A stretch of DNA of 20,000 nucleotides from Chiloscyllium plagiosum (Eukaryota): NCBI RefSeq assembly GCF_004010195.1, contig NC_057751.1, forward strand, positions 11,139,032 to 11,159,031, in the 5' to 3' direction. Below are positions 1-10,258 of the stretch, piece by piece. Position numbers and translations under genes: made by a program. The notes below the pieces were generated by a model. That model saw nothing but the letters and a program-made list of their open reading frames with translations. It searched no databases and had not been told where the DNA came from. Each line of letters starts with the position of its first letter. Positions within the stretch are counted from its first letter, which is position 1.

Positions 1-489
1 TCAACCAATTGACCAAATTCAGCAATCTCTTCTCCCCAGGAAGAGAGAGTTGGTCTCGTTGAAATTTTCTTTGGTGATAAATGGAGTGTTTGACAATGGT
101 GAATTAAAAAGATATCCGAACGCCAAGTGTTCTTCCTGGGTACTGTGTCTGCAATTCCCTGAGAGGAATGATCTTTAACCCAACCTCATTTACTCATCCA
201 GAAACAGCACAATGTTGTGTCATTGCAACCATCTGGGTCAATGTAGCACTTCTACCTTGGGTGGGGAGAGGACAAATCAATTTGAAAAGTGCCTTCTATT
301 GTGTGAGTCTGTACCCTGTGTGTTCCTCTTGCAAGTGAAATGACATTTACCTTTCAATCCCAATCAGTGCAAAAGGAATAAGGATTACTGAGCTATCAGC
401 TCTTCCATGAGAGCTGCAGCTAAAGCAGCTTTCCATATGATGGCTTGCAAGTCAGGATCAATGCAGCATCTTCGCGGGGGGGGGGGGGC

Positions 490-1433
490 GGTGAAAGCTG
501 GTACTGCTGAAGGGCCCAGAGATTTAACCATTCACCATCTGTACGGAAGATTCGGAGAGACAAAACTCATGTTTCATTCCGAAACTTGCTTGTGATACCA
601 GTGAAGTTGTCAAGAGTAAGTTAAGAACTGACAAAGGGATTTGGAAAGGTTCATTGAGTAGCAAACAATTGGCCAAGTTGAGTATCATGTGAACTTCTCC
701 CCTCTGGCAGGAAGAATAGACTGGCAGCAAGTGATTTAGTGGAGAGAGAGAGAGAGAAAAACAGAGAGAGATAGAGACAGAGAGAAGCACTGCAGAACCC
801 ACACATATACAGAGGGTATATACAGAGGATCCTGGGGATCCCACAAGAAGTTAGTATGCAGACACAGCAAGCAATCAGGAAGGGAGATGAAATGTTGATG
901 TTCACTGCAAGACAAATTGAAGATGAAGCTGGGAAAAAGTCGCTGTAGCTGTAACCAGGCCTTGGAGAGACCACACCTTGAATACTCTCTCTAGCTTTGG
1001 TCTCATTCCTTGAGAAAAGATGTAACTGCACGAGAGCAAATTGACACAAGGTTCACATGACTCATCCCTGAGAGGAATAGTTTGCTTCTGAGCGAAGGTT
1101 AGACAGTTTGGGCCTGCATTCTGTTGAGAGTGGAGAAGTTGTGAGCTTATGGAAACATGGTTTGATGCTGACAGTGTGACGACAGTGAGGATGTTTCCTC
1201 CTGTGGGACACACTCAAACTTCGGGACACAGTTTCATTTCCAATGCGCAGATGAAGGGAATTTCTTTTTCTCTCAGATGGACGGCAGCGAGGGAAAATGG
1301 GTCTTTGCGCTTCTTCAAGGTTAAGTTAGATTTCTGAGAGAAAATTGAGTCAAAGTTTATGAGGTAGATTCAAGACCACAATCAGATGAGCCAAGATCTT
1401 ATCCAAAAGCACAACAGGCTCAAGGGGCTGAAT
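490..1433 (+). mobile_element. Old, heavily degraded CR1-type LINE (RT C-terminal region to 3' tail); may extend to position 1
   Basis: Remnants of CR1 ORF2 motifs: gagaccacaccttgaatac (RPHLEY), aggttcacatgactcatccct (RFTRLIP-like) and aggatgtttcct (RMFP). The 3' tail ends in ggctcaaggggctgaat. Many stops and frameshifts. Confidence 0.7.
741..785. repeat. (GA)n-rich microsatellite
   Basis: ggagagagagagagagaaaaacagagagagatagagacagagaga. Confidence 0.9.
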
Positions 1434-2361
1434 ATTATGTGAAAAAAACACCTTGAATGTGACAAATATTCTGAAGCACTCCACAGAAACATAACAGAAT
1501 GAGACACTGAAGACCTGTTCTAAACAGCAACGGGCAGAAACTGGAGAAGGCAGCGGAACCGGAGAACATTCCAGCAGTCAGGAGGTGACAGAAGTATTTG
1601 AAATCAGGATGAAATTGTTCAGGTTGATGCATTGCGAGACGGGGAAGGAACACAGGTTGATGAGCAGGAGAACGATGGGTAAATGAGATTTGGTGAGAAT
1701 CAGGTGGCAGACAGAGCACACAGGAATACAACTGGTGCATTATGTGATGTTGATATCATTATAAAGGAATGCAGCATGATCATATCATTTACAGACAAGA
1801 AATTGCCAGTGATGTAGTGTATTGTTCCATGATGTATAATTAGGCTGTGTATATATCATTTACAGTCAGACACAAATCAGAGGGCAATATTTCATCAAGG
1901 TGTATGCCAGCATTTTTATCTCCACTTACCTTCCATTTACAAACTGTGGCCTCAGAAATCTTTGTCCTGTGTCCAGAACAGCCATGCTAATACCATGCTG
2001 GGCTCACTGGCTGGCTTCAGTGGGGCTACAGGTCACTGTCCAGCACTGAGGACACAAGCTCCGAGTGGATCACCTGTCCAGCACCATGCTGAGACACAAC
2101 ACAGCCGCATCACCCTGTCACAGGCTGGACAGCAATGGGAAGACTCCATTTGGCCCATCGGGCCTCTGCCAGCTCTTCCAAAGAGCACATTGTCCCGTCC
2201 CCAATCAGCCCTCCACCACCCCCAGTCAGGGGTGATAGGACGCCACCATGTCCCCTGATCAAATCCAAAGGCATTCATCCAACTGCGCAGAGCTTCTGCT
2301 GGCTTTGGAGGCTTTGACCTGTGCCCCACCACATAGCGCTGGTGCAGAAACAGGAGAAAGA

Positions 2362-2389
2362 GTGTGTGTGTGTGTGTGCATGTGTGTGT
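2362..2389. repeat. (GT)n microsatellite
   Basis: gtgtgtgtgtgtgtgtgcatgtgtgtgt. Confidence 0.9.
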
Positions 2390-2498
2390 ATGGTACGTGT
2401 GAGACAACTGGGTTCACTTGAAGAAACCCAAGGGTCAGTCCACAGAAGGTTCCCTCAGCAGGTACCAGGGAATGAGCGTGAGCAGGTTGGGCCTGAAC

Positions 2499-2838
2499 TC
2501 ACTGGAATTTTGAAGAATGAGAGGTGACCTTATGAATCTGAAGAGATTGGATTCTTCAGGGATTTGACAGGGTCAATGTGGAGTAGATATGTTCCCCTCA
2601 TGTGGGAGAGTCGAGGACTGGGGTCACACATGATAGACAGAGATGGGCAGGAATTCCATCTCTCAGCAAGTAGCCAAGCTGTGCAATTCTCGCTCATGGG
2701 GCTACTGAGGGAACTCCAGGCTAAAAGAGACAGATCTTTTATCAGTAAGGGAATTGCCACAGGAAAGGGAGTCCAAGATGATCGCCATCAACCACAATCT
2801 CACTGAATGATGGGCTGAATGGCCTGCTCCCACTGTTC
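2499..2838 (+). mobile_element. Degraded CR1 LINE 3' fragment
   Basis: agaatgagaggtgacctt (RMRGDL), gggatttgacagggt, atgttcccctcatgtgggagagtcgagg and the tail gggctgaatggcctgctcc. Confidence 0.75.
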
Positions 2839-2972
2839 TGCCTTACGGTGTGTGACTGACAGCAGCCCCTGAGGGAAAAAGCTGGCTCTCTGAGCAGGCT
2901 ATGGGAAGCCCAGATACCACCTCAGAACAAACTGGGGAGTATTTCTGAGGTGGCAATGTCTGGAGGTGCGGT

Positions 2973-3179
2973 TTAGATTAGATTAGACTGGGTTCCCTAC
3001 ACTATGGATACAGACCCTTTGGCCCAACAAGTCCAACTGACCCTCTAAAGAGTAACCGACTCAGACCCATTCCCCTACCCTACGTATACCCTACTAATGC
3101 AACTAACACTATGGGCAAGTTATCACAGCCAATCCGCGCTAACCCGCACATCTTTGGACCACAAGGAGAAAACCAGAGC
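2973..3179 (-). mobile_element. 5'-truncated HE1-like V-SINE
   Basis: The reverse complement contains the V-domain end (ccaaagatgtgc, shared with the copy at 17418) and a LINE-derived tail ending in (TCTAA)n-like repeats (plus strand ttagattagattaga). Confidence 0.75.
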
Positions 3180-4056
3180 TTCTGCCAACTCACTTCACTG
3201 TGTGTCTGAACTCCCCTGTTTCTCTCCTGAATCAGGACTCTCTGGTGCTCTCTCACCAGCCAGATCCCACCAGGCTATTCAACCAAGGAAGACAGCAGAG
3301 TCCTGCCTCCATTGTGGTCTCTTCCCACATCCCCCATCACAGGGGGTTCACTGAGATTGGCAGGACTGACCTGCCCAGTGTCTGGGGCCCTAATCCTAGC
3401 TCCGTTAAATGAGGCGCAGTGCCCGGCCTCCCCCAGGAAGGAGAGGGTGGAAAATGAGAGTGGGCATTGCTCAATGAGGAAGGAAGGTTAATGAAGGTTT
3501 GTCCATCCCGAGTTTGTTTGGAAGGTGATTCCTGATGACTATCTGAAGGAGGAGGAAAGTCGACAATGTGTATACCGCCACCCCTCTCTATCTCGGTCAG
3601 CACCTCTTACATCCCTTGAGATGTCGGTGCTGATCCAATCTTGGCTGAATATGGCTCCCACCGTCCCCCGACAACCCCACTCCCCTTCGCTCCCCTCCTT
3701 TGACCACCTCTGGGATTCCCCCCCCCCACAACGTTTGGTCAGGCGAGGTCTTGGGGTCACTTCGCCATGACCACTTCACTCCACTGTCACCCAACAGGAC
3801 GGTTCCTGCTGGGGAAGGTAGAATACAGCTCCTCCAGGCGATGCCCCACTTAGTCAAATATCAGGCTCGCCCTCCCCCTATTGGCACCCCTCCCCCTTTC
3901 TCCAAGCTGCCTGGTCAGACCCTCGGTGCCCTCCAACACCCTGAGTGAAGTGCCCAGACTGTTGGCATGTGACAGTGTGCCCACTGCCCAATGAATAGCC
4001 CACATGGAGAACCTTTTCACAGTCAGGAAACATGTTGACTTCATTTGTCTTGAAAG

Positions 4057-4329
4057 GAGGTTTAGGGTGAGAGGGGAAAGGTATAAAAGGGACCTAAGGG
4101 GCAACCTTTTCACACAGAGGGTGGTACGTGTATGGAATGAGCTGCCAGAGGATGTGGTGGAGGCTGGTACAATTGCAACATTTAAAAGGCATTTGGATGG
4201 GTATATGGGTTTGGAGGGATATGGGCCGGGTGCTGGCATGTGGGACTAGATGGGGTTGGGATATCTGGTCGGTATGGACGGGTTGGACCGAAGGGTCTGT
4301 TTCCGTGCTGTACATCTCTATGACTCTAC
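4057..4329 (+). mobile_element. Young 5'-truncated CR1/HER1-type LINE 3' end
   Basis: Encodes RFRVRGERYKRDLRGNLFTQRVVRVWNELPEDVVEAGTIATFKRHLDGYM, a CR1 ORF2 C-terminus. Tail is ctgtacatctctatgactct. Near-identical to copies at 4775, 16291 and 19660. Confidence 0.93.
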
Positions 4330-4774
4330 AGAAGCGAAGCCAGTTTCAGTGCTGAGAGCAGCTGGTGGAGTTGACTCGGAGACTGCTCAGGTCAGTGGCT
4401 GCTGCAGTCAATGCAATGTTTACTGTTTTCCAGGCACTCTCGCGGCAGACAAATAATTCTGCTGTCAGGGCTGCATTTCCATGTTTAATTAGCTGGAAGG
4501 TAACCTGCCATGAACTACCAGGCAACAGCACCAGCAACCAGTCAACACGATAAAACGCCTTCATCAATAACCAGGCAGGTTCACACCGTTCATTCACTTC
4601 CTCCAGCTCTCTCCCACCTGTACCCCACCCCCAAACCCTTCACTGTGAGATGGCAGCTCCAGACAAATCAAACAACATTACCCAAGCTGTTCCTGTTGCC
4701 AAGTTGAAATGACTGTCATTCAGTCAAAGTGCTCAACAAGTGACACGGTTCAGAGACAGCTCCCTGAGCAGCCA

Positions 4775-5638
4775 CAGAGTCATAGAGATGTACAGCACGG
4801 ACATGAACCCTTCGGTCCAACCCGTCCATGCCGACCAGATATCCCAACCCAATCTAGTCCCACCTGCAAGCACCCGGCCCATATCCCTCCAAACCCTTCC
4901 TATTCATATACCATCCAGATGCCTTTTAAATGTTGCAATTGTACCAGCCACCACCACATCCTCTGGCAGCTCATTCCACACATGTACCACCCTCTGCGTG
5001 AAAAGGTTGCCCCTTAGGTCTCTTTTATATCTTTCCCCTCTCACCCTAAACCTATGCCCTCTAGTTCTGGACTCCCCCACCCCAGGGAAGAGACTTTGTC
5101 TATTTCCCCTATCCATGCCCCTCATGATTTTATAAACCTCTTTAAGGTCACCCCTCGGGCCTTCAACGCTCCAGGGAAAACAGCACTGGCCTATTCAGCC
5201 TCTCCCTCTCACTCACATCTGGCAATATTCTAGAATATAGAACATAGAACAATACAGTGCAGAACAGGCCCTTCAGCCCTCGATGTTGCGCCTATCTGTG
5301 AGCTAATCTAAGCCCATCCCCCTACACTATCCCATCCCCATCCATGTGCTTATCCAAGGATTGTTTAAATGCTCCTAATGTGGCTGAGCTGACTATGTTG
5401 GCTGGCAGCGCATTCCATGCCCTTACCACTCTCTGAGTAAAGAACCTGCCTCTGACATCTGTCTTAAATCTATCACCCCTCAATTTGTAGCTATGCCCCT
5501 TGTACAAGCATCCTAGGGAAAAGACTCTCACTGTCCACCCAATCTATTCTTGTAAATCTTTTCTGAACCCTTTCAAGTTTCACAACATCCTTCTGATAGC
5601 AGGAAGACCGGAATTGCACGCAATATTCCAACAGTGGT
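4775..5638 (-). mobile_element. CR1/HER1-type LINE 3' fragment, interrupted by a nested element at 5232-5544
   Basis: Minus-strand ORF MRGMDRGNRQSLFPGVGESRTRGHRFRVRGERYKRDLRGNLFTQRVV. CR1 sequence resumes at 5545 (ttgtaaatcttttctgaaccctttc...gcaatattcc, reverse of EYCVQF...ERVQKRFTR). Confidence 0.88.
5232..5544 (-). mobile_element. Second CR1 subfamily 3' fragment nested in the previous LINE
   Basis: Minus-strand ORF GHSYKLRGDRFKTDVRGRFFTQRVVRAWNALP. It has a different tail repeat (plus strand agaatatagaacatagaac) and is flanked by TATTCT at 5226-5231 and 5545-5550. Confidence 0.85.
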
Positions 5639-5863
5639 TGAATAGGAGTTTGAATTCTGTGCTAGCCAGTGCATGTAGTCCAGGAAACCTGGCTGTTGTA
5701 TTCAGAGCAATGCAACCTCTGGCCATTCCCACTCCTCTGCTCTGGGTCCTGCTCACTAAGCTCAGCTTTGCTAGCTGGTGCTCATACCATCCTTCCCCAG
5801 CACCCATCACCATCTTCTCTCTGCCAAGCCTCACGGCAGGAGCCTTGGGTTTCTACATTCTCT

Positions 5864-6050
5864 GCTGAAAATGTGTTGCTGGAAAAGCGCAGCAGGTCAG
5901 GCAGCATCCAGGGAACAGGAGAATCGACATTTCGGGCATAAGCCCTTCTTCAGTTCTCCTGTTCCCTGGATGCTGCCTGACCTGCTGCGCTTTTCCAGCA
6001 ACACATTTTCAGCTCTGATCTCCAGCATCTGCAGACCTCACTTTCTCCCC
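5864..6050. mobile_element. Short palindromic retroelement insertion, probably Penelope-like (PLE) terminal-repeat derived
   Basis: Perfect 60-bp inverted repeat (5864-5923 and 5954-6013) with a 30-nt spacer and a unique tail at 6014-6050. Flanked by the 14-bp direct repeat TTTCTACATTCTCT (5850-5863 and 6051-6064). Confidence 0.85.
5916..5961 (-). ncRNA. Minimal hammerhead ribozyme motif (possibly degenerate)
   Basis: The minus strand reads CAGGAGAA-CUGAAGA-A-GGGC-UUAU-GCCC-GAAA-U-GUC-GA-UUCUCCUG. This gives the CUGANGA and GAAA core boxes, a 4-bp stem II and a GUC triplet. Confidence 0.65.
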
Positions 6051-6253
6051 TTTCTACATTCTCTCTTTGACTCTCTCTGGGCACCGTCTTTGAGGGTACA
6101 AGCCAGCACATGTTCCAAACTTGAAGCCTCTGCCACAGGCACCCATCTCATAGCATGAGGCCATTCAGCCTCTTCAGCCAATGCCAGCATTCAGCTGCAT
6201 CCTGGCCAACTTTACTTCGAACATTCCTAGCACCAATTGCCCTGCCTTCTTAC

Positions 6254-6343
6254 AAATGGGACTAGGTTGGGTTGGGATCTCTGGTCGAAATAGACATGTT
6301 GGATCAAAGGGTCTGTGTCCATGCTGGAAATCTCTGTGACTCT
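6254..6343 (+). mobile_element. Degraded CR1 3' tail
   Basis: tgggactaggttgggttgggatctctggtcg...aagggtctgtgtccatgctg...ctctgtgactct is colinear with 4241-4328. Confidence 0.8.
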
Positions 6344-9224
6344 GTGTCTGCTCAGAGAGCTTTGTCTGAAGAGCAAAGGGAACTGTTTGCTGCCTCCTGT
6401 GAATTCATGTATTATCACACTGGCCTCCCCACCTTTTCCTGTGGGACCTCAATGAACACATTTCTGATACCATGGAACGGACCATGAGAACAGGCCATTC
6501 AGCCCACTGTTCGGTGTTTTTGCTTCTTGTGAGGAGGGTCTTCCCACTTGTCTTTATCTCACATCTTACCAGATAGAAAGATGAGGAAGCCTGGGAATGC
6601 AGTGTCTCATGTCCCTCCCTGTCACACATCATCCCAACTTGCAACCTCCTCAATGTCACTGGGCCAAAGTCCTGGGGCTCACTGCCCGAGTGTGTCCCTG
6701 GCACGGATGGCAGCAGTTCATGATCAAGTTTAGGCCACAAGTTAATGAGTAACGGCCAATAATTAATGGTCACGTCGAATAAACAAAAACCAAAATGGAT
6801 TAACCTCACCTTTGTGTGTCATTTCGCTTCCCCTAAAACACAGCAACTCTGCTAAGCACACTCGAAACACACTCTCCAATTCCTTCTGAATTACTGACTG
6901 GATTTGATACATCACTGGGCCAGCTTCTGCCTCCTGAGTTTGGTGGCCTTTTCGTTGGAGACACCAACTTACCACCTCAGGGCAACAGTCATGTTGAACT
7001 CTTCCTGACCGCTCGATTCATCAATCGACCTTGCAACTTCCCCGTGTCTCTGTGGCCATTTCCCCACGGCTTCCTCTATCCTTTGTGGATTAATGCCGCC
7101 ACAATACTCTGGTGAATTACAGGAATTAGTTTGAGGAGCTAGCCTACTTCCAAAGATTCATTTCATACAAAAATGAATCCGGCGGATTAAAGAGTGAAAA
7201 CCCAGGTTGGAAAACCAAGATCTGATAAGAGTTTGCAAAGTCGAACCTGGCCTTTGGTCAACTAACTCCGCCTGAGAAAGAAGGTCAAAGTAGTGAAACA
7301 GAATTTTGGGCCTGGACATGGACTGTGCCAACACAAGAGACTGACTCTCTGTTTGGCCCAAGAGCCCCAGTGTTCCATCCCCATTCTTACACTTACTGCA
7401 TTTTCATTGACAAAGTTAATTTTCAAGCAATGGGTGTAAACATTTCATTGCAATGCCACACTTGTACTTGACTCTCTCTCACAGTTTGCACAGAGCATCC
7501 CATAGCTCTCATGGGGCATGGGGTCCATACAGTCAGCGACGTTCTCATGACAAACACCTTAGCCACTGCGTGAGACACTGTTCCCTCTGGCCCCCAGCCG
7601 TTTGGATAGATCATACCCCCTTCTTTCAATGTTCCACAAGAAGGACTTGGACACGGGACAGCTTTGGTTTGAAGGGGGCAGGGAAGCCAGACCATCAGAG
7701 TGCAAGTCAACTTCTGAGCAGTCTCTGAGAGGTCAGGCCAAGTGAGAAATGCACCCACACAGTCCCTGACAACACATTCGGTGTTCCACAGGAGACAGCC
7801 TGGGGAAGAAAGAACACAGGCTATCTGACAGGTGACTTTTAGCAAGGCCGGATTTGGAATTGGCAGCCGGGAGATTTGGGAAAGAATTGGGAAGGGAACT
7901 CGAGATATGAAGTGCAGTACGGGCCATAGTCCTAACTCTGGGCCTTGGAAAGGCCAGGAGACTCTCACAGTTGAGTAAATGCTGGGCTGGTAAAAATTGC
8001 ACAGGTAGGAGAGACGCTCCCACCAGCACTACCACTGGGAAACAAGTTTGATTCATTGTCTCTTCCAGCTCAGGGGTCAGATACATGTCCTCATGCGGAA
8101 AGGCTCCGGTATCAACTGCGGAGGGCTCAGATAGCACATGGGCCACATCCTGGCGGTGACAATGGCCAGCCCAAACACTCCTTCATTCAGCCTCACCTTT
8201 CCATCAAAACAAGGAAGGGCCAGCATACAGAACCTGAGCAGTTGGCCGCTCCGTTGTCAAATCAGTGACCTGGCCAAGTCCAAAACTGGCCATCAGGCAT
8301 GTCAAACAAATAGGAAATATGTACATTCAGGGAAGTTCAAACACCATTTGGCCTCACTAGTCCATGTTGGCTCTTGCTTCCACTTCACATTCATAAAACC
8401 TCCATGACACCCCAGACTCTGTTCTGTCCATCCACTCTGGCCAACACCAGGGTGAATGGCACCATTCAGCAGAGCTCTCCAGATGTTGGGTTTGAATGGG
8501 GCCCTGACTGAGCCCTCCTCATGGACTGGCTATTTGACCACCTGGGCTCTCACCCTGGAGGAGCAGCATACCTATTCGAGCATCAGAGGGCCAGCAGCTA
8601 GGGTTGGAGACCAGCTGGGTACCCCAAGGCATAGCCACCCAGAGAGGCAGCTGCAAACTAACAGTAGCGGCCAGGCAGGGCAGGAGTGCAGGCAGAGGAA
8701 CCCGTGCTAGCAGCAGGTATGGGCTTGGCTCCCTCTTTGGGATGTGGACCTTAAAGCCCTGACGGAAGTTCCATGGAGCTGGGAGGCTCTGCAATCCTGG
8801 AAAATCAGTCTCAAAGCAGCTGCCAGTACCCTTTGGCAAGCACCTGGACAATCCAGGAAAACTTCCTCACAACTTCCCAACACCTGGAATGGTTCACTGA
8901 GTTGCCCCTATGTGGCCGCCCCCATCTCTGGGTCCACTCGAGAGACTCAAGAAATTCTGCCTCATTTCCTACTTCATCACCAACACCGAGAGAATTCCTT
9001 TGGCTGCTGGCTCTCTCCCCTCCTCCTTTCCATTTGAAATCCACCCCCCTTTCTGCTCCATCTTTTAACCATGCAATCTTCATCTGTCAAACTCTCTGGT
9101 TTTGTTGAACCTTAAGGTAAGAAGGGCCAGGGGCTGATGGCACAAAAAACATCAACCAGTATCCTGACCAAACGCAGTCCTTATCAATCTGAATGGGGAA
9201 AGAGACTCAAGGGGCATCCTGTCA

Positions 9225-9795
9225 TCTGGGCAGCACTGGCTGGGCCAACGGTTATGCCCATCCCTAGTGCTCCTGGAATAGGTGGGGATGAGCTGCCTTC
9301 TCGAACCGCTGCAGTCCACCTGCTGTGGGTTTACCCACAATGCCCTTAGGGAGGGAATTCCAGGATTTTGACCCAGTGACAGTGAAGAAATGCCGATATA
9401 TTTCCAAGTCAGGATGGTGAGTGACTTGAAGGGGAACTTGAACGTGGTGGTGTTCCTATGTATCTGCTGCCCTTGTCCTTCTAGGTGGTGGACGGGCTTT
9501 GGAGAGTCAAGAGGTGAGTTACTCACCGCAGTATTCCTAGTCTCCGACCTACTCTTGTAGCTGCTGTGTTTATTTGATGGGTCAAGTTGAGTTTCTGGTA
9601 ACCCCCAGGATGTTGACAGGGATGGCAGGAGGGGGTGATGATGGGATTCAGTGATGCTCCTGAACATCAAGGAGGCAATGGTTAGTTGGTTTCTTGTTGG
9701 AGATGGTCATTGCCTGGCACTTGTGTCGCCTACACATCACTTGCCAGTGATCAGTCGAAACCTGGAAATTGTCCAGGTTGTGCTGTATTTAAACA
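9225..9795 (-). mobile_element. Degraded CR1-clade LINE (RT C-terminus and 3' end) of a third family
   Basis: The reverse complement gives remnants of NILGVT...KLN, tggaattccctccctaagggcattgtgggt (WNSLP..IVG) and a tail with gctggcccagccagtg. Confidence 0.72.
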
Positions 9796-10252
9796 CTAGG
9801 TAACTTGACCCTTAAATTAATCAGGCAATACCAAAAAGCTGGATTCAGGGAGCTCCCGTGGCCTGTCCACACAGTCAGAGGCCAATATCCCATCAATGCT
9901 GGGACTTCTCCCAAAGGGATAGGGGACAAAGGTTAAAGGGCAGGGGTCGGGCCAAGGTCTCAAGCTCTTGGGAAGGACCCAGGCCTGGCGACAGCTGCAC
10001 ATGTTGGCCCAGAGTGAGAGACCCAGGGCAGGGGCAGAAAGGCCTTGCACCATCATTAATTTGCAAAACAACAAGAAAACCCGGTCATATGCAGAACTCA
10101 CAGAGAGGGACATCAGAAAGGAACAAAAGGAAAGGGCCACAACCTCAAGTGAAATGTCATGAGGAATTTAATCACAAAAATGGTAAATATCAGAATAACT
10201 ACAGGTCAACTTTGAAACCAGCATAAACATTTATAAAGGGGAAAAAAAATCA

Positions 10253-10258
10253 TTTATT
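10253..10258 (-). terminator. Candidate distal polyadenylation signal AATAAA
   Basis: Plus-strand tttatt. mRNA context is uuguuuuuuuuaAAUAAAugauuuuuuuu, followed by U/GU-rich sequence (auguuuaugcugguuu). Confidence 0.6.

Noticed and set aside
1782..1865. 13-bp direct repeat ATATCATTTACAG (1782-1794 and 1853-1865)
   Set aside because: AT-rich low-complexity context and no element features between the copies.
3200..3412. Plus-strand acceptor-like site near 3235 followed by a short ORF (possible terminal exon of a convergent gene)
   Set aside because: The peptide is unrecognised, with no nearby poly(A) signal or partner exons.
4004..5531. ORFs 4004-4249, 4904-5125 and 5322-5531 as host genes
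   Set aside because: They are C-terminal fragments of CR1 ORF2 in 5'-truncated copies.
5864..6013. MITE/DNA transposon or microRNA precursor
   Set aside because: The inverted arms are not terminal (a 37-bp tail lies between the right arm and the duplication), the 14-bp TSD suggests target-primed reverse transcription, and the spacer has hammerhead motifs.
7423..9108. Several 80-180 aa overlapping ORFs
   Set aside because: No recognisable domains or consistent splice structure, many start at non-ATG codons, and such lengths are expected by chance.
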